Below, piece after piece: positions 1 to 6,250 of a DNA stretch of 32,945 nucleotides. The notes under the pieces are model-generated. The model was given only the letters and a program-made list of their open reading frames with translations. It did no database searches and was not told the DNA's origin. The translations under genes were made by a program, and so were the position numbers. Source of the stretch: a virus; IMG/VR virus record IMGVR_UViG_3300045988_123769, positions 1 through 32,945 of that record. One strand, given 5' to 3'. Every line of letters starts with the position of its first letter. Position 1 is the stretch's first letter.

Positions 1-80
1 CCTGCACGGAGCAGGAATTTGTGGACGAGTACTGCAAGCGCCACTTTGAAAAGTACGGCGAAGATTTTATCGTAATGTGA
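1..80 (+). CDS. 3' end of the 60-aa acidic protein gene (duplicate of 32827-32906 caused by the terminal overlap)
   Basis: Same sequence as the end of ORF 32724-32906. It reads ...EQEFVDEYCKRHFEKYGEDFIVM, with TGA at 78-80. Confidence 0.7.
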   Translation, partial: CTEQEFVDEYCKRHFEKYGEDFIVM

Positions 81-92
81 GACAGGGCAAAC

Positions 93-111
93 GGGCGGGC
101 AATGCCCGCCC
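93..111 (+). other. GC-rich stem-loop GGGCGGGC-aat-GCCCGCCC downstream of the 60-aa gene; no U-tract
   Basis: Perfect 8-bp inverted repeat seen directly. It is followed by cacccagaga, so it is not a canonical intrinsic terminator. Confidence 0.4.
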
Positions 112-140
112 ACCCAGAGATAAGGGAGGTCTAAAAGCAA

Positions 141-326
141 ATGCCAAGCTATGAGCGCAATAAAAAATACGCCGCCGCTTATCGCGCAAAAATTGAGCGC
201 ATAGACGTTTTTGTCCCGCAAGGGCAAAAGCGGATAATAAAAAATCACGCCGCAGAGCGCGGAGAAAGCATGAACGAATTTATAAACCGCGCCATCAATG
301 CTGCCATGCAACGCGAGGAAAATTAA
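141..326 (+). CDS. Ribbon-helix-helix (CopG/Arc/MetJ-like) DNA-binding protein, 61 aa
   Basis: The C-terminal GESMNEFINRAINAAM helix pattern is typical of RHH regulators. A GGGAGG SD lies 11 nt upstream of the ATG. Confidence 0.55.
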   Translation: MPSYERNKKYAAAYRAKIERIDVFVPQGQKRIIKNHAAERGESMNEFINRAINAAMQREEN

Positions 327-334
327 AAAGTCAG

Positions 335-419
335 CAAAAACCCCTTGACAACTATTCCGGTATAGTATATAATAAAGACACGATAAAGCAAGGGGCTAAA
401 GCCCCGAAGGGAGTTAAAA
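335..419 (+). promoter_or_regulatory. Early/moron promoter-leader cassette, copy 1
   Basis: TTGACA (345-350), 17 nt, TATAAT (368-373). The leader has a GGGGC-taaa-GCCCC hairpin (392-405) abutting a GAAGGGAG SD. It is about 90% identical to 31745-31833 and 32636-32723. Confidence 0.8.
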
Positions 420-704
420 ATGAAGGTTTACAAAGCGATTGAAGGCACCGAGACTTATGAGCAGTATGGCGAAGATTTTATCCCCATGTGGCGGGTAGCG
501 GAAAAAGACTTCCCCCGCAACGAAGTCCGCGCGGCTACGGCAGATGAGCTTATAGCGGCCATAGACGACGATGCCGAGTGGGAGCCGAATCTTGTCGAGG
601 CGCTGTGCTATGAGCTGGATATAGACTTTGACAGCTCCGAGGACTGCGAATCCGCCTACGATGCGGCAGTAGCCAAGCACGCCGCCGAGACGCTGAACCG
701 CTAA
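420..704 (+). CDS. Highly acidic 94-aa protein, paralog of the C-terminal domain of ORF 31834-32565
   Basis: It sits directly behind the promoter-leader cassette. 25 of 94 residues are D/E against 8 K/R. It shares the EGTETYEQYGEDF and LVEALCYEL...EDCE motifs with the other early proteins. Confidence 0.75.
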   Translation: MKVYKAIEGTETYEQYGEDFIPMWRVAEKDFPRNEVRAATADELIAAIDDDAEWEPNLVEALCYELDIDFDSSEDCESAYDAAVAKHAAETLNR

Positions 705-718
705 GACACAGAGGGTAA

Positions 719-737
719 GGGGCGGCAGCACCGCCCC
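719..737 (+). other. Stem-loop GGGGCGG-cagca-CCGCCCC after the acidic gene
   Basis: Perfect 7-bp inverted repeat 15 nt after the stop codon. No clear U-tract. Confidence 0.4.
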
Positions 738-750
738 GCATATGTCAAGC

Positions 751-790
751 CAAAAATAAAAAGCCCCCATTAGGGGGCATATTTTATAAG
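751..790. terminator. Bidirectional intrinsic terminator between the convergent early (+) and late (-) transcription units
   Basis: The GCCCCC-atta-GGGGGC hairpin (763-778) is flanked by an A-run (751-762, which is a U-run on the minus strand) and by atatttta on the plus strand. It overlaps the stop codon of 770-1009. Confidence 0.7.
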
Positions 791-1009
791 GGTTCTCTCC
801 GCTGCCTTGTATCGGCGGCGGATTTGGTCATACTCCAGCGGCGCATCTGTGTACCGCGCCTGATACTCCGCTGTAAGCCTGTCATACGGCACACCATCCA
901 GCAGGTGACGCGCCACAAGCCAGCGGTCGCGCTCGCAAAAAATCCGCTGATAGATTATCCCTTCCCACTCCGCACGGGATAGGGTTTGCAAAATACTTTT
1001 GTCCACCAC
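770..1009 (-). CDS. Small putative HTH protein (sigma-70 region-4-like pattern), last gene of the late/lysis transcription unit
   Basis: 79 aa with a GTG start. LSRAEWEGIIYQRIF...DGVPYDRLTAEYQ loosely resembles region-4 HTH proteins. No strong SD. Confidence 0.4.
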   Translation of the reverse strand: MVDKSILQTLSRAEWEGIIYQRIFCERDRWLVARHLLDGVPYDRLTAEYQARYTDAPLEYDQIRRRYKAAERTLIKYAP

Positions 1010-1011
1010 GC

Positions 1012-1050
1012 AGGCCGGCTTCTCAACGGCCTATCACCTCCGGCCTTTTT
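1012..1050 (+). terminator. Plus-strand-oriented hairpin with T5 tract between the holin gene and the 79-aa gene
   Basis: AGGCCGG (1012-1018) pairs with CCGGCCT (1040-1046) and is followed by TTTT. The loop is large (21 nt), so confidence is modest. Confidence 0.35.
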
Positions 1051-1076
1051 AGTGTCGCAGAGGGGCGGTGGCAATT

Positions 1077-1355
1077 TTATTTCTTATCGCGGGCTATGGC
1101 ATCATATGCGCCATTCGCGGCCAAAGATACTACTACGGCATTTATCACGCACAGCGCACCCGCTTCAAGGGTCAAGCCGCCGGTGAAAAATGTGGCTGCT
1201 ATAAGCACCACAAGCGCGATTACATAGCTGGTCAGGCGCGTGGGAATCTTGTCGATAAAGCCCACGCCCTTGATAAGCTGGGTTACAAGGCTGGTAGCGA
1301 GGGTCGCCCCCGCATAGGTCAAAAGCACTGCCCAAGTAAAAAATTCGTTCGTCAT
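1077..1355 (-). CDS. Holin (small multi-TM membrane protein)
   Basis: 92 aa with hydrophobic segments (WAVLLTYAGATLATSLV, SYVIALVVLIAATFF, ALCVINAVVVSLAA) and a charged C-terminus. AAAGGAGA SD. It lies next to the endolysin gene. Confidence 0.65.
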   Translation of the reverse strand: MTNEFFTWAVLLTYAGATLATSLVTQLIKGVGFIDKIPTRLTSYVIALVVLIAATFFTGGLTLEAGALCVINAVVVSLAANGAYDAIARDKK

Positions 1356-1360
1356 TATTC

Positions 1361-1675
1361 TTATCTCCTTTCAATTATGTGTTGCAAAAGTTCTGCACGG
1401 GCGTTTTTCAGCCCGTCAATTCCGTTCCCGTCAATCTCGTGGTTTATCAATGCCACAAGGCCGGTTATAATGGCCTGGTTTGTGACTTCCTGCCGCGCAA
1501 ATTTTGTGTTTACTTCCTCAAATCGCTTCAAATCGTTTGAATCATGCTCAAGCACTTTATCAAGCTTCTCCCGCATAGATAATGCGGGGGCTATGATTTC
1601 CCTTACCGCCTTTATGCCCTGCGCGATAAGCACGATAGCCCCCAGTATTGATGCACACCATCCCCACCATTCCAC
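1361..1675 (-). CDS. Lysis-cassette membrane protein (N-terminal TM plus coiled region)
   Basis: 104 aa with a GTG start and GGAGGG SD. N-terminal TM segment WWGWCASILGAIVLIAQGI. It sits between the endolysin and holin genes. Confidence 0.5.
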   Translation of the reverse strand: MEWWGWCASILGAIVLIAQGIKAVREIIAPALSMREKLDKVLEHDSNDLKRFEEVNTKFARQEVTNQAIITGLVALINHEIDGNGIDGLKNARAELLQHIIERR

Positions 1676-1678
1676 GGG

Positions 1679-2356
1679 CTAACCCTCCGTATGCGCCGTT
1701 GCAAACGCCTTTACAGCCGTCATTGTGGCCTTGCCACAGATTCCATCGGCCTTGCCGCAATCGTAGCCACAGGCGTTCAATGCGGCCTGCATAGCCTTGA
1801 CATTTTCACCGCGCATCATGGGCGAGGTCAGCTTAAAGACGGTCGGGGCGGCATCCTCGGCAAGCGCGGGGTGTCTGCCCTGATGTGTCCAGCCGCCGCA
1901 AGACAGATGGCGCATCACTACGCCAGCGTCACGGCCTTGTGCCTCTATCGCCATGCCGTTGCCGACGTATACGCCGACGTGTCCCATTTTGCCCTTAGCG
2001 AAGCTGTACCTAAATACAAGGTCGCCAGGCTGCATCTGCCACGCGGCAAGCTTGCCCTTTTGGGTACATTGTCTGTACAGTCCTGCGGCACTTGTGTCGC
2101 CGTCAATGAGCCCGCGTATGTCCCTAAGCCAATGAATTATAAGGCCGCTGCAATCGAAAGCATACAGCGGCGTTTTGGTGGCTTTTTTGATGTATGCAAG
2201 GGCGCGGTCGGCTTCGCGGCGTGAAGTTTCCTTCCTCCGCACCCATTTTTCAAGGTCGACGCGGTTGTCTACCCTTTCGCCCTGTGCGCCCCAGACGTAA
2301 GCGTCACCCAGATGGCTATTCAGGTATGCGACAAAATCGTCTATCTTTTTGCCCAT
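1679..2356 (-). CDS. Endolysin: NlpC/P60 peptidase domain plus C-terminal PG_binding_1-like domain
   Basis: Catalytic motifs FDCSGLIIHW and GHVGVYVGNG. The C-terminal GENVKAMQAALNACGYDCGKADGICG repeat matches a peptidoglycan-binding domain. Start moved to MGKKIDD (GGGGG SD). Confidence 0.85.
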   Translation of the reverse strand: MGKKIDDFVAYLNSHLGDAYVWGAQGERVDNRVDLEKWVRRKETSRREADRALAYIKKATKTPLYAFDCSGLIIHWLRDIRGLIDGDTSAAGLYRQCTQKGKLAAWQMQPGDLVFRYSFAKGKMGHVGVYVGNGMAIEAQGRDAGVVMRHLSCGGWTHQGRHPALAEDAAPTVFKLTSPMMRGENVKAMQAALNACGYDCGKADGICGKATMTAVKAFATAHTEG

Positions 2357-3081
2357 ACTCTTACCCCCAAGGTCAGCGCGGCAAGAATCATTATATAGCC
2401 TATATACACGGGCGCGGAGCCTGTCTGCGGGAGACCGGGCACGGCGGGACTTTCGGCGGTGTACCACCTTGCCACGCCCTCGGCCTTCACATTTTTGCCG
2501 AGGTTCGCCACAAGCGCGGCATCGTCCATGTATATCTTGCCCGCGTAGATGTCGTCAAGCGTCATACTCAGCGCGTTCAGCTCGCGGGTCAGGTCGGCAA
2601 GGCCGCCCGCTATGGACACATCTACCGCCACGCCTTTGCGGCGGACGAAGGTCAGGCCGCCTATGGTCACGGTATCCCCGCTTATGGTCACGGGCTTGCC
2701 GTCATAGGTCAGCTCCGCCAATGGAGTGGTATACTTGTATACCGCCCGCACGGCGGGGTATGCGCCTGTGACTATCGCGGCGACTACATCGCCATCAAGA
2801 TACAGCACGTCCATATCCGTAAGATTGATAGTGCCCTGCACGAGATTGCCTTCGGCATCCAAAAATTTTGCCGTAAAGTACACCACCGTGCCGACTGTAG
2901 CAGCCTTACCCGGTGAGGGGGTATAGGCCGCGCCGCTGGTGGTCGCCACCTTGTCCAGTTTGGTGACGGTCACGGTGTAAGTCGGGGGCGGATTGTCCGC
3001 GCGTCCCCAGCCCATAGCCATTGCGCCCGTGCATATGCACAGCAGTACAACGGCAAGCAACATTGCAAAGTATCTTTTCAT
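2341..3081 (-). CDS. Secreted LPXTG (LPQTG) sortase-anchored cell-wall surface protein
   Basis: N-terminal signal peptide MKRYFAMLLAVVLLCICTGAMA. The C-terminus has LPQTG, a 19-residue hydrophobic stretch and an RVWAKR tail. AAGGAGGG SD. Confidence 0.8.
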   Translation of the reverse strand: MKRYFAMLLAVVLLCICTGAMAMGWGRADNPPPTYTVTVTKLDKVATTSGAAYTPSPGKAATVGTVVYFTAKFLDAEGNLVQGTINLTDMDVLYLDGDVVAAIVTGAYPAVRAVYKYTTPLAELTYDGKPVTISGDTVTIGGLTFVRRKGVAVDVSIAGGLADLTRELNALSMTLDDIYAGKIYMDDAALVANLGKNVKAEGVARWYTAESPAVPGLPQTGSAPVYIGYIMILAALTLGVRVWAKR

Positions 3082-3085
3082 TATT

Positions 3086-3283
3086 TCAGCCCTCCTTTGG
3101 CTTTATAATCTCTTTGACGGTCTCCAGAAAGGCCGCCAGCTTTGACACGCTCGGCAGCCCCGTCATGCCATCTACCGCATCACGGATGCGGTCAAGCTTG
3201 GCTTTCAGCTCGTCCCGCTCCGCACGATCAGCCTTTATCCTGCGATTGTAGGCAAGGATTTTATTGCGCAATTTGTCCGTCAT
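3086..3283 (-). CDS. Hypothetical small coiled-coil protein
   Basis: 65 aa, translationally coupled within the late operon. Confidence 0.5.
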   Translation of the reverse strand: MTDKLRNKILAYNRRIKADRAERDELKAKLDRIRDAVDGMTGLPSVSKLAAFLETVKEIIKPKEG

Positions 3284-3444
3284 TCCGTTACCCCCGACAA
3301 TAGCATATTTAACGCTTCTTCAAGCGTTGCTATTCTTTCTTCTGCCGTGGGTTCGGGCGCGGGCTGCTCTGCCGCAAGCGCTTCAAGCTCCGCTATTTCT
3401 TCTGCGGTCATATCGCGGATTATGCCGTTTTCACAAATTTTCAT
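3280..3444 (-). CDS. Hypothetical small tail-fibre-adjacent protein
   Basis: Start moved to MKICENGIIRDMTAEEI, which gives an ATGA overlap with the upstream fibre gene. 54 aa. Confidence 0.5.
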   Translation of the reverse strand: MKICENGIIRDMTAEEIAELEALAAEQPAPEPTAEERIATLEEALNMLLSGVTE

Positions 3445-4691
3445 TCTCTCACCCCATATAATACAAAATGGCACCCAGGATATATCAGCATACCCGTCCC
3501 GCCTATAGATGTAATTGGCTTCGCCCATAACGTATCACCATACATAGTTCGTTGGTTATCACCTACGGCCCCATACACCGCATAGTCGTGAGCTGTGTCG
3601 TCAGACCAGCCGACGTTGCCGTTTATCTGCGCGTGCTCAATCTGTTGTGCGCCAGATACATCGACATAGTATATAGTGCCGGTTATAGTATTTGTGCTTA
3701 TCTTAGGCCATACCGAGGTATACAGCAATGGGGTAACTCGCCCTGTCGTTTTCCCATTAATCATGGCAAAAGAATAGTTTGGTATGGTGCTTGTACCCGT
3801 GTACGCAGGGAATTTGGCGCATAGACGCGCCTTTTTAAGCCTAAATGTGTTCCCGTTTTCATCGGCATTTATGGTCAATGCGTTAGCTTCGCCGGCATCT
3901 TCGGCTATGGTGATTTCTTTTATTTTTTCCCATTCTTCCTCACCCGGCAGATCCACCGCCTCCCACTCCGTGGGCTTGCCATCCTGCACGGCCTTTACCT
4001 TGATTATCTGGCCGGGGGTGGCGGCGGTTAGGCCGAGGGATATAGCCGTATCAGCCTTGGCAAGGCTTGTCTGCACATCGTCCGCAAGATCGGATTTGGG
4101 TATGCCGGATGCGGGTTTGGTGTACGCCGTTCCCGCTTTTTCAGCCCCGATATTCGTTCTGGCCTGTTCCTGCTGTTCGGTCGTCAGGGTTTGCGGGGTA
4201 TAAGTCACGGCATCCTTGCTACCGCCGCTCGCTGCCGCCTCGTTTATCGCCGCCACAAGACTGCTTTTGTCCTCCGTGGTCAAGTCGGCAAGATTGCCCA
4301 TATCTGCCCGCAGCTGCTCCTCCGCCGTGGGCGGGATTGTGGGGAAGGGATTACCCTCCGTGCCGCCTGTCGGGGCTACGCTGATACGCGCAACGTTTGT
4401 GGTGATACGCGGGATTACATCTCCGTCCCGCGCGGAGTTGCCCACAAGCCATACGCGCCAGTCGCCCGCTGTAAGGTTAAGCTGCTGCTTAGCGGTTATC
4501 TCCCCGCCTGTCACGGTCACTTCGTGCACCGTGCAGCCCTGTCCAAACATGGTCTTTATCTCGCGCCCCGTCCAGTCCTCGGTTTCACACACCACCTTTG
4601 CGGTAAGGTACTGTACGGATTCAGCGGCAAGGGGGAGATATTCGGCGGTCAAAGATTGGTGGTTGGCGGTTAGGGTGATATTGTAGGTCAT
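3441..4691 (-). CDS. Tail fibre / receptor-binding protein
   Basis: 416 aa at the distal end of the tail module, ahead of the lysis genes. No specific motif recognised beyond position and size. Confidence 0.6.
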   Translation of the reverse strand: MTYNITLTANHQSLTAEYLPLAAESVQYLTAKVVCETEDWTGREIKTMFGQGCTVHEVTVTGGEITAKQQLNLTAGDWRVWLVGNSARDGDVIPRITTNVARISVAPTGGTEGNPFPTIPPTAEEQLRADMGNLADLTTEDKSSLVAAINEAAASGGSKDAVTYTPQTLTTEQQEQARTNIGAEKAGTAYTKPASGIPKSDLADDVQTSLAKADTAISLGLTAATPGQIIKVKAVQDGKPTEWEAVDLPGEEEWEKIKEITIAEDAGEANALTINADENGNTFRLKKARLCAKFPAYTGTSTIPNYSFAMINGKTTGRVTPLLYTSVWPKISTNTITGTIYYVDVSGAQQIEHAQINGNVGWSDDTAHDYAVYGAVGDNQRTMYGDTLWAKPITSIGGTGMLIYPGCHFVLYGVRE

Positions 4692-4700
4692 GTGTCCTCC

Positions 4701-5159
4701 TTAGCCATTTTGTAGCTTTACAAGTGTATTCGAGCCCACGCGATAATAAAGCGCATTATTATACTGGGCATATAACGATATATCCTTGTTTTTGTCATTC
4801 GGCGAGTGTGCATTTTTAAGCGTCGCCGTGCGCAAAGACGATACACTAATAGATATGTTGGCGCTTCCGTCAAAGTTCGCCGTACCTTCCACATCGCCAG
4901 TCAGTCGGATTTGTCGGGCAGTACTAAGTTTATTCGCGCTGCCTGCGGTGCTTGCCGTCCCTGCATTGATTGCCTTTATGGGTCGGCCTACAACATATTC
5001 GACGACATATGTTCCGTTGTCCTCTAAAATTCTTACGCGGTCGCCCGCGTTAAAGACCACGCCGCTGTTGACCTTGTAATGCTTTTGCGATTCGCTGCCA
5101 TCGTCAAACGCCAGCGTCACCCCGTCGTCATACACGGCTTTTATGGTAGCAAAATTCAT
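4701..5159 (-). CDS. Short tail-fibre/baseplate protein
   Basis: Start moved to MNFATIKAVYDDG (ATGA overlap). LTGDVEGTANFDGSANISI resembles fibre-shaft repeats. Confidence 0.5.
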   Translation of the reverse strand: MNFATIKAVYDDGVTLAFDDGSESQKHYKVNSGVVFNAGDRVRILEDNGTYVVEYVVGRPIKAINAGTASTAGSANKLSTARQIRLTGDVEGTANFDGSANISISVSSLRTATLKNAHSPNDKNKDISLYAQYNNALYYRVGSNTLVKLQNG

Positions 5160-6250
5160 TCTGTTATCCTCCTTGCCTTGTGCCGCATCTTCCCGCCTGC
5201 ACGCAGTTCCATGCTCCACGCAGTCTCTTGGTAAATCTCGTTTATGCCAAGCATCTCGTGCTCAAATTGGTACACGTCCTTATACCCGTGCATCGGCATA
5301 AGCCCCGTCGCAAAGTCTATGCCGTGCAAGTCCGCCTCGGCTTCGATGGCTCGGCGGCGCACATACGCATCAAGCTCCGCCTGTGTGCTTATGTCGCGCA
5401 GTTCGATTACTTCCGTTACCACTTGCCTGTTTTTGGTGCTTAATGGCGACTGCGGGTCGGCGTTTTCATACACCGCCCGCATGGGCGCGACTTCCGGAGA
5501 TGATACATAAGCGATAAATCTATTTGGCGTGTCGAAGTAGTCTACAGCCTCCTTAGCCTCGCCCATTATCACGCTGTCCTGCTTGGTGCTGTACTTGTAC
5601 GCAATGTCGCTAAGCTCGATATCTCGCTGCTTGCGCGCGATAAAAATTCCGTTTGCGTCGGGGTGTATGGGCGTATAATTTATTGCCGCTAAAAGCTCGT
5701 TGATTATGTCCAGCCTATATGCTCCCGGGGCATACTCAACCGCCTCGGCAATAGTGTCCTCTGCGCCTTCGATGTTCGCGCGGGTTATGCCCGCGCCGTA
5801 CAACACATTAAGTACTATGTCTGTATAGCGCGTCCCTGCCGGATAGTATAGCCGCGTGGATATGCCATCCGTCTTTAGCAGCTGGGTAAGGTCGTATGCC
5901 TCTACCGTGCGCGATACCGTCTTAGCTTTCGCCACGCGCTCCGGCGACGACAGCACAAATACCCCCAGCGGCCACTCCGCCCACGTGTCGCCCATGCGCA
6001 GCCCGAAAACCGGGCGAATGCGCGCGCTGAGATAGTCTATCTCTTCGTCGCGCATTTCGAAAGCGGCAGTACGCATTATCGCACTGCCGCTGTCAAAGGT
6101 TATAGTGCCGCTGGATACAGTCGTTATGTCGCGCTTGTACTGCAAGTCGCGCCCCAGCAGTTCGTAGCGCACGCGGATTTGCCGCGTGGGTGCCACAAGC
6201 GCTGCCTGTATCTCTGCATCCGTATATCCTGCCCGTGCAAACTGCATCAT
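5156..6250 (-). CDS. Tail-associated (Tal-like/baseplate hub) protein
   Basis: 364 aa, immediately downstream of the Dit-like gene. Call is based on position in the module. Confidence 0.5.
   Translation of the reverse strand: MMQFARAGYTDAEIQAALVAPTRQIRVRYELLGRDLQYKRDITTVSSGTITFDSGSAIMRTAAFEMRDEEIDYLSARIRPVFGLRMGDTWAEWPLGVFVLSSPERVAKAKTVSRTVEAYDLTQLLKTDGISTRLYYPAGTRYTDIVLNVLYGAGITRANIEGAEDTIAEAVEYAPGAYRLDIINELLAAINYTPIHPDANGIFIARKQRDIELSDIAYKYSTKQDSVIMGEAKEAVDYFDTPNRFIAYVSSPEVAPMRAVYENADPQSPLSTKNRQVVTEVIELRDISTQAELDAYVRRRAIEAEADLHGIDFATGLMPMHGYKDVYQFEHEMLGINEIYQETAWSMELRAGGKMRHKARRITE

Larger units (their letters stand above)
1..119. repeat. Terminal direct repeat, copy 1 (identical to 32827-32945)
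   Basis: Base-by-base comparison of the window start and end shows an exact 119-bp match. Confidence 0.95.

Noticed and set aside
93-111. The GGGCGGGC-aat-GCCCGCCC hairpin read as an intrinsic terminator separating the 60-aa gene from the RHH gene.
   Set aside because: There is no U-tract after the stem, and an SD and ATG follow within 30 nt. It is kept only as an unexplained stem-loop.
141-704. The RHH protein plus the downstream small ORF read as a toxin-antitoxin pair.
   Set aside because: The downstream ORF has its own promoter, is extremely acidic, and is paralogous to the other early proteins. Nothing here resembles a ParE, RelE, MazF or other toxin fold.
414-770. Minus-strand 118-aa ORF opposite the acidic 94-aa gene.
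   Set aside because: The plus-strand ORF sits at the conserved spacing behind a consensus promoter, leader and SD cassette, and it has paralogues. The minus ORF would begin inside the bidirectional terminator and has no SD.
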